The position numbers and the translations under genes were made by a program. The notes under the pieces are model-generated. The model saw only the letters and a list, made by a program, of their open reading frames with translations, made no database searches and was not told where the DNA came from. From positions 1 to 41,184 of IMG/VR virus record IMGVR_UViG_3300045988_018086: DNA of 41,184 nucleotides, one strand, 5' to 3'. This DNA is from a virus (Duplodnaviria > Heunggongvirae > Uroviricota > Caudoviricetes). Below are positions 1-9,073 of this stretch, piece after piece; within the stretch, counting starts at the first letter, position 1; each line of letters begins with the position of its first letter.

Positions 1-1910
1 CCCGCCCCAACGGCAGCAGCAGCGGCTACAGGTGCCAGGAACGGACCAACAACAGGGATAGCGGCCGTTGACTTATACGCTTCAATAGCTGCGGTGTACG
101 TGGCGATAGTGGCCTGTACGATAGCGAATGCCTTATACGCGCCAGAAGCCTCGCCCAACGCGGACCCGATATTTGAGGCCATGTTACCAAAGGCCGTTGC
201 CGTTGCCTCAGCACGCTTGGTGGCGTATTGCTCGTTGATGGCGTTAAGTGCCGCTTGATACTGTTCCTCTTTAATCAGACCCTGCTCGCGGTACTTATCA
301 GCTACCGCCAGTTTCTGCTGTTCCTGGATATCGAGAAGCTCAAGCTCAGTGGCATTCTGGCCCATAATTTGAGCCATGAAGTCGTCGCCTTTCTGCTGCT
401 TTTCCTGGGCTTCTTTCTGACGTTTATCCAGTTCATCTTGCCGTTTTTGCCCTGCTTCAAGGACAATAGCCGTTTTTGCTTGCTCGTATTCTTTCAGAGA
501 CAACGCGCCCTGGCTGTAAAACTCTTTTGCTTTAGCCAGTTTCTGCTGTTCCTGGGCGTCAATAGCCTTTAACTCGTCGTTGTTCTGACGGGCCAAAGTG
601 TCGAGGTAATCTTGCGCCTGATTGCGCAATTGCTCCGCCTTCTTAGCGGCGGCTTTTGCCGCTTTATCGTCGGCGTTTCCGGTGCCGCCAGTTCCGCCCT
701 TTTTATTAACAAGGCTGGCTAAGTCAATTTCTTGCTTCTTGCGCTCGTCATACTGCTTGCGCTGTTCCTCAATTTCTTTCTTACGCTGCTTAGACCTGTC
801 GGTAATGGCCCGGGATTCCGCCGCTGCGCGTTTTATGCTGGCGGCGTATGCGGCGTCAGCCTCTGCGGTCAGGTTTTTAAATGTGAGCGCTGCCGTTTTG
901 CTCGGGTCAAACACATCAGCAAGGGTCTGACCTAACGCTACAGCGTAATCGTCAATGCGCTGGAACCACGCAATAACCTCATGGAACGTCTGCTGAATGT
1001 CAGGCAACCACTCACGGATAGCATCAGGTATAGCCCCCAGCGAGTCTGACATATCAACGGATTTGTCCTCGGTGTCGTATGCCAGGTCATTCAGGGCATC
1101 AGAAATAAACTTGAACGATTCATTGAACAGTGTCACCCAATCCTGGAGCGTGGCTGCTATCTCATTAGACGCTATGGCGTCGGTGAGTGCCGTGATAGCA
1201 TCTTCCGCTCTCGCGGCTTGCTCACCTACGGCGTCACCAAAACCGGATTGCGCTACCGCAAGAACAAGACCATCGAAGGAGTCGGCGAGGCTCGACAACT
1301 GGCCATCTAAGGTCTTCGAACGCGTCTCCATAGCTCCGGCGAAATCAGTGTTGCCGATGTTTAGCAGGTATTTCTGAATCTCTTCGGAGTTCTTCTTAAC
1401 GGTAGTCGTTACGCCGCGGAACGTGAACGAAACGGTATCTGCCTGTTGGGAAGACTTAATGCCGAACTCTTTCAGCCGCTCAAACTCAAAGGTACTGGCG
1501 TCAGCCACAGCCTCAATCATCTGATTAAGGTCTTTACCCATAGCCGCCGCGGTGTTGCCGTAGGAGATTAACGCCTCTTTGCTGGGATTCAGGCCGAGGG
1601 CTACAAGTTTAGTGAAACCCTCTACCGCCTGATTGAGGCCATACGGGGTTTCTTTTGCGAACTGTTGCAGGACGCTGAAAGCCTTAGCCGCGTTCTCGGC
1701 GCTTCCGGTCATTGTGATGAGGCCGGAATTCAGCTTATCGAAGTTGCGCTGAGAGTCCACCAGCGCACTGAACACCTGTTTGGCGGTTTCCAGACTGACA
1801 ATGGCAGCCGCGGCAGCACCTGCGGCTTTGGTAAGCCCGTTCAGTTGTGATGTGGTTTTATCGACGCCGGTCGAAGATACTCGTACTATCAAGCTAGCGG
1901 TATCAGCCAT
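1..1910 (-). CDS. Tail tape measure protein, N-terminal and central part; ORF is open at the window start
   Basis: ATG at 1910 preceded by GAAGG RBS; long minus-strand ORF with no stop down to position 1 (the + strand ORFs 228..1377 are its antisense); sits downstream of G/GT chaperones as expected for a siphovirus. Confidence 0.65.
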   Translation of the reverse strand, partial: MADTASLIVRVSSTGVDKTTSQLNGLTKAAGAAAAAIVSLETAKQVFSALVDSQRNFDKLNSGLITMTGSAENAAKAFSVLQQFAKETPYGLNQAVEGFTKLVALGLNPSKEALISYGNTAAAMGKDLNQMIEAVADASTFEFERLKEFGIKSSQQADTVSFTFRGVTTTVKKNSEEIQKYLLNIGNTDFAGAMETRSKTLDGQLSSLADSFDGLVLAVAQSGFGDAVGEQAARAEDAITALTDAIASNEIAATLQDWVTLFNESFKFISDALNDLAYDTEDKSVDMSDSLGAIPDAIREWLPDIQQTFHEVIAWFQRIDDYAVALGQTLADVFDPSKTAALTFKNLTAEADAAYAASIKRAAAESRAITDRSKQRKKEIEEQRKQYDERKKQEIDLASLVNKKGGTGGTGNADDKAAKAAAKKAEQLRNQAQDYLDTLARQNNDELKAIDAQEQQKLAKAKEFYSQGALSLKEYEQAKTAIVLEAGQKRQDELDKRQKEAQEKQQKGDDFMAQIMGQNATELELLDIQEQQKLAVADKYREQGLIKEEQYQAALNAINEQYATKRAEATATAFGNMASNIGSALGEASGAYKAFAIVQATIATYTAAIEAYKSTAAIPVVGPFLAPVAAAAAVGA

Positions 1911-2235
1911 GATTTCTACCTTCAAAGATTGCTTCTAAGCCCATGATAATGTCTATCTCGAACAGGCTAAGCTGTTTTTGCGTAACATCGAGATAGGCTT
2001 TCAGGTCTTGCCACGTAACGGATTCTCTTGCAAACAATACTACAGCGTCCTCGCGCACGTGTCGCGTAAACTTAATGTCGCAATACGTCTCAAAGGTGGA
2101 TATAAAAAGGGGCGGGCATTCTGGCCCACCCCGTCGCGCTGCACGTTTTTTCTTATCGATTACACCCATCGCGATAAGCGCCTGTTCGTGTCCGTCAGCT
2201 ATAGAATCAAACTCTCTGATTTTATGCTTATCCAC
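1903..2235 (-). CDS. Tail assembly chaperone, T segment of the G/GT pair (likely expressed by -1 frameshift from the upstream G ORF)
   Basis: ORF lies in the -1 frame relative to 2268..2684 and stays open across that gene's stop codon; position between chaperone G and tape measure. Confidence 0.45.
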   Translation of the reverse strand: MDKHKIREFDSIADGHEQALIAMGVIDKKKRAARRGGPECPPLFISTFETYCDIKFTRHVREDAVVLFARESVTWQDLKAYLDVTQKQLSLFEIDIIMGLEAIFEGRNHG

Positions 2236-2267
2236 AAACTCATAGGTGGCGAACCTGTACAGCGCGT

Positions 2268-2684
2268 CTACTTTTCCTGTAATGCTTTGCGCTCAGCGTT
2301 ATGGAACGCTGCTACCTGTGTGCCTAATGCCTTGAACTGGTCCAGCAATTTGTTAAATGCTTCTTTAGAGAAAGGCTCATCAAAGCTCCAGCCGTTTACG
2401 ACTTCTGCCGCGAGTTGCCGGTTGAGGTCTTCCGCCAGTTCGTTAATAGCCAGGTTATATTCAGTATAGTCGCCGGATTCTTTGGCGGCTTTTTCCAGTT
2501 CTTCGAAACGCGCCAACCCGCGACGGTACGCAATAATGAAAGCACGCCCCGCTTTAACGGCGACATCCGCATCGGGACTTACAACGTTAAGCCATTCACC
2601 GGAGTCTTCGCCGTTTGGCAGCAGAATGGGCATCTTCTTGCCTACCAGTGCTTTCTCTTCGAAATAAAAATCAGAAAGTTTCAT
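2268..2684 (-). CDS. Tail assembly chaperone (gpG-like)
   Basis: 138-aa acidic protein immediately upstream of the frameshift segment and tape measure gene; synteny. Confidence 0.55.
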   Translation of the reverse strand: MKLSDFYFEEKALVGKKMPILLPNGEDSGEWLNVVSPDADVAVKAGRAFIIAYRRGLARFEELEKAAKESGDYTEYNLAINELAEDLNRQLAAEVVNGWSFDEPFSKEAFNKLLDQFKALGTQVAAFHNAERKALQEK

Positions 2685-2792
2685 TCTTTAATCCTTTGGT
2701 TAAGAGGTTACAGGTTAACGATAAATGCGCCAGACGGGAACCACCCGCTTTTCGTGTGCGACACTAGGCGCAAACTTATTCTATCACATTAC

Positions 2793-2821
2793 TTGCACAC
2801 CCCAATATAATAGGGTACTAT
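2793..2821 (+). promoter_or_regulatory. Sigma70-like promoter TTGCAC-N17-TACTAT overlapping an AATAG-N4-CTATT inverted repeat
   Basis: Hexamers with 17-nt spacing ~15 nt upstream of the 2837 ORF; 30-nt block nearly identical to the one at 13157..13185. Confidence 0.5.
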
Positions 2822-2836
2822 TCACTTACACCAACA

Positions 2837-3043
2837 ATGAAGGGGTTTAAAATGTCAAGTTTACCAGTTTCCTTAATTCTGTTTGCACTGCTCGCTTATT
2901 TCGCGCCTTTCCTGGTTGCGTACTTCCGTAACCATAAAGCGAAGTTAGCGATATTCATGGCTAATCTGTTTCTTGGTTGGGTTCTGCTGCCGTGGGTATT
3001 TATCTTAATCTGGGCGTGCAACTCGAATGTCAAAGAGAAGTGA
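2837..3043 (+). CDS. Small membrane protein, superinfection-immunity (Imm)-like; true start may be the ATG at 2852
   Basis: Two hydrophobic segments with LFLGW..LPW..LIWA motif typical of small phage immunity proteins; GAAGGGG RBS before second ATG. Confidence 0.5.
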   Translation: MKGFKMSSLPVSLILFALLAYFAPFLVAYFRNHKAKLAIFMANLFLGWVLLPWVFILIWACNSNVKEK

Positions 3044-3080
3044 GCTAGTATAGGACAAATCCTAAACACGAGGAATAAGC

Positions 3081-4211
3081 ATGGCCAGGAAGAAAATAAC
3101 CGACGAACAGTTACAGGAAGAATTGAACGCCGGTATGAAGAATATCGACATCGCCCGTAAATACGGCATCTCCGACCGCGTTATTCGTATCCGTAAAGCG
3201 AAGCTGGCTAAGAAAGGTGTAGGCCACGGGCGTGACGTTAGTTACCTTGTACCGGACGGCTACAAGATTAAAGGAACGTCATCACTGGTGGATGAGTTTG
3301 GCAACACCAAGTTGCAATGGGTTAAGACCGACACCGATGCCGAACGTCAGGTTGAATTGATGAAAGCCGTAATCGAAGGCATGAAGTCGGAGATTACACC
3401 AGTTGCACCTGTTAAAGCCGTTCGCGCCAAACGAGACGACAAGCTACTCAACCTTTACACTGTGTCTGATTTCCATCTCGGTATGCTGGCCTGGGCTGAC
3501 GAGAGCGGCGACGACTGGGACATGAAGATTGCGGAAGACCTGTTCTCCCGCTGGTTCGACGCAGCGTTCCAGAAAGCACCGGATGCCGGAACAGGAGTTA
3601 TTAATCTGCTGGGCGACCTTGCGCATTTCGATAGTCTGGACGCCGTTACACCTGCCAGTGGTCATGTTCTTGACGCTGACACCCGCTATCAGAAACTTGT
3701 ACGCTACATGATTCGTATGGTCCGCCGTGTCATTGATATGGCTCTCGTTAAACATAAAAATGTTCGCTTGCTTATCGTGCAAGGTAACCACGACGAAAGC
3801 GGAATGATTTGGTTAGCTGAGATGTTTAGTACGCTGTACGACAATGAGCCGCGTGTGCTCGTCGATACGTCGCCGGATGTTTACAAGATGGTGCAACACG
3901 GCAAAACGACGCTGTTCTTCCATCATGGGCATAAAGCACGATTCGACGCTATCGAACCGGTTATGATCGCCAAGTTCCGCAAAGCGTTCGGCGAGAGTGT
4001 TTACAGCTACGCCCACGTGGGTCACCTGCACCACCAAAAGATTGTAGAAAGCCGTAACATGATTGTTGAGCAACACCGCACTCTCGCGGCTAAAGATGCA
4101 TATGCCTCCCGCGGTGGGTGGATGTCGGGCCGCAGTGCAAACGTAATTACTTATAGCGCCGAATATGGCGAGGTCGCACGTTTAACTATTTCACCGGAGA
4201 TGCTTGGATGA
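3081..4211 (+). CDS. HTH domain fused to SbcD/Mre11-family metallophosphoesterase (putative nuclease)
   Basis: Motifs SDFHLG, GDLAHFD, QGNHDE, HHGH, GHLH of calcineurin-like phosphoesterases; N-terminal ~60 aa HTH-like. Confidence 0.65.
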   Translation: MARKKITDEQLQEELNAGMKNIDIARKYGISDRVIRIRKAKLAKKGVGHGRDVSYLVPDGYKIKGTSSLVDEFGNTKLQWVKTDTDAERQVELMKAVIEGMKSEITPVAPVKAVRAKRDDKLLNLYTVSDFHLGMLAWADESGDDWDMKIAEDLFSRWFDAAFQKAPDAGTGVINLLGDLAHFDSLDAVTPASGHVLDADTRYQKLVRYMIRMVRRVIDMALVKHKNVRLLIVQGNHDESGMIWLAEMFSTLYDNEPRVLVDTSPDVYKMVQHGKTTLFFHHGHKARFDAIEPVMIAKFRKAFGESVYSYAHVGHLHHQKIVESRNMIVEQHRTLAAKDAYASRGGWMSGRSANVITYSAEYGEVARLTISPEMLG

Positions 4212-4693
4212 AAGATATTGTGATTTTCGATTTAGACGGGACATTGGCAGATGGTACTCATCGTTTACACCTGCTGCCGAAAGATAACTACGGCGAAACC
4301 TGGGCGTGGAAACCATTTAACATGGCGTGCAAAGACGATGCACCCATTAAAGATAACATCGAACTGTGTAACGCCCTTAATCGTCGCTATGCCGTTATTA
4401 TCTTAACAGGCCGTAGTGATGACGCGGAAAAAGAAACCAGAATGTGGTTGCAGCGCCACCGCGTCGAATTTTATCAGTTAATCATGCGCAGCAAACACGA
4501 CAACAGAAAAGACATCGTAATTAAAGAAGAGGTGTTGCGTGCTATTGGGCCGGAGAGAATCTTGTGTGCATTCGACGACTCTCCAGCGGTAATAAAGCAT
4601 TTCCGCGAACTCGGCATAACCACTCACGCAGTTACTGAATACGACTGTAACGGGAACTCTACACACTTAAAACCACATGGGAGTGATAAATAA
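4208..4693 (+). CDS. HAD-family phosphatase resembling the 3'-phosphatase domain of T4 polynucleotide kinase-phosphatase
   Basis: VIFDLDGTLA (DxDGT) nucleophile motif, TGRSD, KDIVIKEE, AFDDSP blocks in the same order as the T4 Pnkp phosphatase domain as I recall it. Confidence 0.65.
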   Translation: MKDIVIFDLDGTLADGTHRLHLLPKDNYGETWAWKPFNMACKDDAPIKDNIELCNALNRRYAVIILTGRSDDAEKETRMWLQRHRVEFYQLIMRSKHDNRKDIVIKEEVLRAIGPERILCAFDDSPAVIKHFRELGITTHAVTEYDCNGNSTHLKPHGSDK

Positions 4694-5247
4694 TGGCTAA
4701 GGTAATTATTCTTAATGGCCCTGCGGGCTGCGGGAAAGACACACTTGCTAGGGCGCTGGTAGAAATGGGCTTTGCGAAGGGTGTCGCCAGTTTCAAGAAT
4801 CCGATGTTCAATATTGCTATGGCTGCGTTAGGCCAGGATGCTTACCGCGAGTTTCTCGACGGCTACGACGACCGGGCGCGGAAAGAAAAGCCAGAGGGTT
4901 TCCTTAACGGGTTGTCTCGGCGTCAGTTCATGATTGCCATTTCCGAGCAATTCATTAAACCGGTATTCGGTGATGATTATTTCGGTAAGTATCTTGCCGG
5001 AAACTTGCCCGACGGCGACGAAGTTTTTGTGGTGTCTGATGGCGGGTTCGCCAGCGAAGTAGCCCCTATCGTTGCCGCGGGGCATGATGTGAGAATCGTC
5101 CGCTTGCACAGAGACGGCCATACGTTTGAAGGGGACAGCCGCGGTTACCTGTACGATATTGATGGTGTAAAAGATTATGACACCTACATCATACCGGGTT
5201 ACGTTAAATCGAACGCTATAGGCATTGCTTTAAGATTAGGCTTGTAA
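4693..5247 (+). CDS. P-loop kinase, T4 gp1-like deoxynucleoside monophosphate kinase family
   Basis: Walker A GPAGCGKDT (GKDT signature); ATGA start/stop overlap with upstream gene. Confidence 0.6.
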   Translation: MAKVIILNGPAGCGKDTLARALVEMGFAKGVASFKNPMFNIAMAALGQDAYREFLDGYDDRARKEKPEGFLNGLSRRQFMIAISEQFIKPVFGDDYFGKYLAGNLPDGDEVFVVSDGGFASEVAPIVAAGHDVRIVRLHRDGHTFEGDSRGYLYDIDGVKDYDTYIIPGYVKSNAIGIALRLGL

Positions 5248-5252
5248 GAAAA

Positions 5253-5270
5253 AGGCCCCAAACGGGGCCT
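5253..5270. terminator. Bidirectional intrinsic terminator hairpin (AGGCCCC-AAAC-GGGGCCT) with flanking T/A runs
   Basis: Perfect 7-bp GC stem, U-run on both strands; lies between convergent genes (kinase and major tail). Confidence 0.6.
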
Positions 5271-5275
5271 TAGTT

Positions 5276-6442
5276 TTATGCGTATGTGATACGCTGAATA
5301 ACAATAGACGACTGGTACTGGTTGCCAGTAGCCTGGCCTTCAATAGACTGAGTGATTGACTCAGGTCCTCCAATCTCAGGTGTAACCGCCGTAAGTTCTG
5401 CACGTTTCAAACTGAAAGACATAGCCCCGTTTACCCCAGCCAGAATAGAGTTAATCTCCACCTGCTGCTCGTTGATAAACTTCTGAATCATCGCCATGTC
5501 GTACAGCTTACCGGAGATGGAGAAGGTGTTAGCTGCTCGGCTACGCTCCACAAACGCTACGTTAGTGTTGCCGAGTTCGAACTGTGCGGACGCGCTGTTG
5601 TCGTTGGTGATGGTCAGGCTGTCGCAACGCAACGGCGTAGAACCGTCGAACACAGAAACATCGACCGAGGAGAATGGCTCGTCACCAAACGTAACAGAGG
5701 AGAAATCAGAACCAGACGGCTGCGTGGTGAGAATCTCCTGACTGCGACCGATGAACGGGAAGCTGCCAGTTACCATAGCGTTAACAGCCTGTTCGATGGT
5801 AAAACCAGAAACTTCCACGCCTTTGGTTAGTGTGTACGCGTCAGTCCCGCCGCACTGGCCTTTGTACCAGGTGAGAATAGAGAACGTCTTGCACTGGCTT
5901 CCCGTTTCCAGTTTATCCCCTGTCTTAGCGGCGGTAGTTACTGTCTCTGTGGTCAGGGTATGCTGGATACCCGCCCCGGTCACTACCAGCGCCTCTACTG
6001 CAGTTACGATAAACGGTTTTGCGTTGTCACCGGTTAAGTCGGTAAACGCAATCAGGTCGCCCACTTCAACGCCGTCAGAAATAAAGCTACCTTCGGCACG
6101 GGTAAAGGTCTTGCCTGCAGGCGCGACGGTAATTGATAGCCCGGTCAGAGAACTACCGGATTGCCATGTAGAGCCTAAAGCTCCCGCCAGCCAGTCGTCC
6201 TGGCTTTTCGAGCTAAGCTCAATAGCGTATTCTCCGCTAACCTGCTTGTTACCGGTGCGGATTGACGTAGTTTCACGGCTGCCGTCCAGTTCGTTGGAGG
6301 TCAGCGTGTCGCGGGTAATGGCAGGAACGCCACCTGTGTTACGCAATGGCGACCAGACCGGGTTAGTCGGTGTTACGCCAGGGGTAGTTTCTGCCACATA
6401 GAATTGCGCAGTATTCGCGCCCTTAAAAGGAGTTGTAGCCAT
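5276..6442 (-). CDS. Major tail protein (likely start ATG at 6442; track start 6448 is GTG)
   Basis: Position upstream of G/GT chaperones; AGAGG RBS before ATG; followed by terminator. Confidence 0.55.
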   Translation of the reverse strand: MATTPFKGANTAQFYVAETTPGVTPTNPVWSPLRNTGGVPAITRDTLTSNELDGSRETTSIRTGNKQVSGEYAIELSSKSQDDWLAGALGSTWQSGSSLTGLSITVAPAGKTFTRAEGSFISDGVEVGDLIAFTDLTGDNAKPFIVTAVEALVVTGAGIQHTLTTETVTTAAKTGDKLETGSQCKTFSILTWYKGQCGGTDAYTLTKGVEVSGFTIEQAVNAMVTGSFPFIGRSQEILTTQPSGSDFSSVTFGDEPFSSVDVSVFDGSTPLRCDSLTITNDNSASAQFELGNTNVAFVERSRAANTFSISGKLYDMAMIQKFINEQQVEINSILAGVNGAMSFSLKRAELTAVTPEIGGPESITQSIEGQATGNQYQSSIVIQRITYA

Positions 6443-6444
6443 AT

Positions 6445-6861
6445 TCACAGCCTCTTGGTGAATGCAATAAAGTTAATTGACAATGGTCGTTTGGCCCATC
6501 CGTTTTCTACAATCAGCGGCCCCAGGCTAACCGATTGAACCTCGGCGCAGATGTCGTTACGAGAAAATGACTTACCTGCTTTGAATGCCGTGTTAAGTAA
6601 GTCTGCCATTTTATTGATTGGCGCGCTACCTTTCACCGATGCGTAGTTAATGTCGACCTGATAAACACCCGCGCGTTGTTCCGTGAAGAACAAATCTGCT
6701 TGCTCGGTATCCGCCAGTAACATGTAACTTGCCAGATATGGCGTATCGGTTGACGTCGGCGCGTCGATGTTTTCAAGCGCGACCTTGATGCCGTTGGCGG
6801 TTCCGAAGGCTACCAGCGGAACATCGAACGCTTTTGTTAAGTCCTCAAAGTAGCCCATCAT
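6445..6861 (-). CDS. Tail terminator / tail completion protein
   Basis: Synteny between neck proteins and major tail protein; overlapping start/stop coupling. Confidence 0.4.
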   Translation of the reverse strand: MMGYFEDLTKAFDVPLVAFGTANGIKVALENIDAPTSTDTPYLASYMLLADTEQADLFFTEQRAGVYQVDINYASVKGSAPINKMADLLNTAFKAGKSFSRNDICAEVQSVSLGPLIVENGWAKRPLSINFIAFTKRL

Positions 6862-7253
6862 TTCACCTTGTTGGCTTCTTCGTTAATGAGTTGCTGGAAG
6901 CGAGACACATTAGTCCTGACAACCCCGGCTGGCGCCTGTTGCGACCAACCATACTCCAGCCGTTGCGCATACGGCAGATTATTTGTCAGCGTGAACTCAT
7001 GCCAGTCAGCGGCTTTCAGCACGAAACTCGTAGCGTTTCCGGTTGCTGTGTTTCCTGATTTATCCGTAGCGTCCGTAATCCCGGAAGCAGGAGTACCGCC
7101 AGATGCCATCCAGTTCATACGAAAGCGGCCCGTGTCTACCGGACTCGCCTTTATAATAGCGGAAAACAGCTTGATAGACACCTGACGCATCACCTTCTCA
7201 GGGTTCTTCTTCGCCTTTTCCACGAACTTAGAGACATCGAGCGCGAAACTCAT
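6858..7253 (-). CDS. Head-tail joining (neck) protein
   Basis: Synteny; AGGTGAG RBS; 4-nt overlaps with neighbours. Confidence 0.4.
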   Translation of the reverse strand: MSFALDVSKFVEKAKKNPEKVMRQVSIKLFSAIIKASPVDTGRFRMNWMASGGTPASGITDATDKSGNTATGNATSFVLKAADWHEFTLTNNLPYAQRLEYGWSQQAPAGVVRTNVSRFQQLINEEANKVK

Positions 7254-7609
7254 TTTCTCACCTGAATAAAGTACGCCACGACGTCATCGTTAACCATCTT
7301 CTTCTCAATAGCTACGATGGACCATTGCTCGCCGCCGAATTGCACCTTGTCTTCCATCTTCGGAACGACGCTGTAATCGGCTTTAACAATCATGTCGCCA
7401 GCCTGAATCGTCGTACCGTTTACCAGTCCCGCGTTTACCGGAATCGGAACGGCCTTCAACGGCAACACTTCATCCGCAGACCAGACGTACTCACCGAGAA
7501 CTTCATCCCATACTTTTGAACCAGCGCGAATCAGAGATACCGTGCTACCGAATTTGGTTAGCAGGCGCGTACCCACGCCTTGCATACGTTTACTGAAAGC
7601 GGTGCTCAT
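7250..7609 (-). CDS. Head closure / neck protein (start at internal ATG 7609)
   Basis: AGAGGTG RBS before ATG 7609; the longer track ORF would overlap the upstream gene. Confidence 0.4.
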   Translation of the reverse strand: MSTAFSKRMQGVGTRLLTKFGSTVSLIRAGSKVWDEVLGEYVWSADEVLPLKAVPIPVNAGLVNGTTIQAGDMIVKADYSVVPKMEDKVQFGGEQWSIVAIEKKMVNDDVVAYFIQVRK

Positions 7610-7703
7610 TTTAGCACCTCTTGCAGCGTCAAAAGAACACCGTAACTGTGCAAGACTACCGCGGTAAGAAAACCAAAAACTACACCACATGTGAACTTAT
7701 TCA

Positions 7704-8330
7704 TCAAGCGGCCTCCAGTCTCGAAATAACCAGTAGCGCAGAAGGCGCTGTGCCCCATGCGGTTACGGTAGCCGCTTGAGGGTATACGCCACCAAAGTTA
7801 GCCCCGGAGCTATCCCCGGAGCTATCCCGCATAATCTGAACGGCAAACGTCTGGCCTGCGGTTGGGCTAATAACAACGCGGGACTCAATAGGAATTGTTA
7901 TGTTGGCGCTTACCAGCTTAGTTGCTGCGGGAGAGCCGTACTGAGCACCGTTTACTAAAATACGTGATAGCAGGATTGATGTCCCACTAGCGCCAGTACG
8001 CCCCGCCTGTAACTTGATGCGAACGGCGTAGTTACCCGCGGTGTTGAATGTAACAAGCCCTGCGGCATTAATCATTACCGGGTTAGACGCGCCTCCCTGC
8101 GCAGCCCCGAAAGTTAACTGTAACGCTGTATCTACTGCGGTAGGCGCTTGCGCCACGGTTGACGTGGCACGGAGAACTTCTACCTCTTTAACACCGGATG
8201 CAGCGTAAAGCATGGAGTCCGCTAACTGGGTATTTACCTCGCGCAACAACTCAGGGGTTATAGCGCCAGTTGTATTATCGGCGAGATTTGTCCCGATAAG
8301 GGTGAACATCTCTGTTTTAGTCTTCGCCAT
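7704..8330 (-). CDS. Putative virion structural protein (Gly/Ala/Thr-rich)
   Basis: Position in head-tail connector region; composition typical of structural proteins. Confidence 0.35.
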   Translation of the reverse strand: MAKTKTEMFTLIGTNLADNTTGAITPELLREVNTQLADSMLYAASGVKEVEVLRATSTVAQAPTAVDTALQLTFGAAQGGASNPVMINAAGLVTFNTAGNYAVRIKLQAGRTGASGTSILLSRILVNGAQYGSPAATKLVSANITIPIESRVVISPTAGQTFAVQIMRDSSGDSSGANFGGVYPQAATVTAWGTAPSALLVISRLEAA

Positions 8331-8332
8331 TT

Positions 8333-8845
8333 TTAACCCCGGTACACGTTAAACGAGAAGCCATTGTTAAGACCACCACACAGTAACGGGCGTAATGCGT
8401 CGTCCGCAGCGGTAATAGCGGTTGTGGCGCCACTGTTGCCGTTGTTGAAGTATGTCACTGTCACAGCACCCTCAACACGCTCAGTCTGCACGGAACGCCC
8501 ATCTGAGTTAGCCCGAACATCGGTACCCGCACCATACGTAACCGCAGCGATTACTTGTGCCCGGATTAACTGCGACGGGATAACATTATCCGCTACGGTG
8601 AAGCCGTTTAGTGTTGTTCCTGTACGTGGGTACGCCAGAGACTGTTCAGCGGATACGCGACGCCCGCACATCTGAGGTTCTGCAAGCCCAACATAAGTAG
8701 CACCGTTGCGCAGGGCCACCTCTGCGGCGGTATCGTCTGCCGGCAACACAAGACCGTAATTAGCCGCTAACGCGCGGGCGTCGGCCAGACTAACGTAACT
8801 GTCGGCATCAGGTACTATCGACCCATCTTCCACGATTAGCGGCAT
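8333..8845 (-). CDS. Head-tail connector protein (gp6-like)
   Basis: Synteny directly downstream of major capsid region; GAGGAA RBS. Confidence 0.4.
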   Translation of the reverse strand: MPLIVEDGSIVPDADSYVSLADARALAANYGLVLPADDTAAEVALRNGATYVGLAEPQMCGRRVSAEQSLAYPRTGTTLNGFTVADNVIPSQLIRAQVIAAVTYGAGTDVRANSDGRSVQTERVEGAVTVTYFNNGNSGATTAITAADDALRPLLCGGLNNGFSFNVYRG

Positions 8846-8848
8846 AAA

Positions 8849-9016
8849 TTATTCCTCTGATTTCGCCCGGCGCTGGCGGCGTGGTGTCTCTTCTTTAGCC
8901 GATTCTACCACGGTGCCTTCTGGTGCGAAACGAGCATCTACCACACGGAACCCCTGACGGTTATACTCGCGCTTCTGCTCGATGGTAATTGGCATTGGTA
9001 CGTATTTAATTTCCAC
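8849..9016 (-). CDS. Small basic protein (55 aa), GTG start
   Basis: GGAG RBS 8 nt upstream of GTG; fills the gap between terminator and connector gene; not in ORF track (under 60 aa). Confidence 0.3.
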   Translation of the reverse strand: MEIKYVPMPITIEQKREYNRQGFRVVDARFAPEGTVVESAKEETPRRQRRAKSEE

Positions 9017-9033
9017 TTTAATTTCTCCTAGTA

Positions 9034-9060
9034 AAAAGGGGCCGAAGCCCCTTTGTTTTT
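9034..9060. terminator. Intrinsic terminator hairpin (AGGGGC-CGAA-GCCCCT) followed by T-run, downstream of major capsid gene
   Basis: GC stem plus T5/A4 tracts. Confidence 0.55.
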
Positions 9061-9073
9061 ACTACTAACCGTG

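Noticed and set aside
228-1377. Plus-strand track ORFs 228..572, 622..930, 732..935 and 997..1377
   Set aside because: Low-complexity translations antisense to the long minus-strand tape measure ORF; no RBS or functional motifs.
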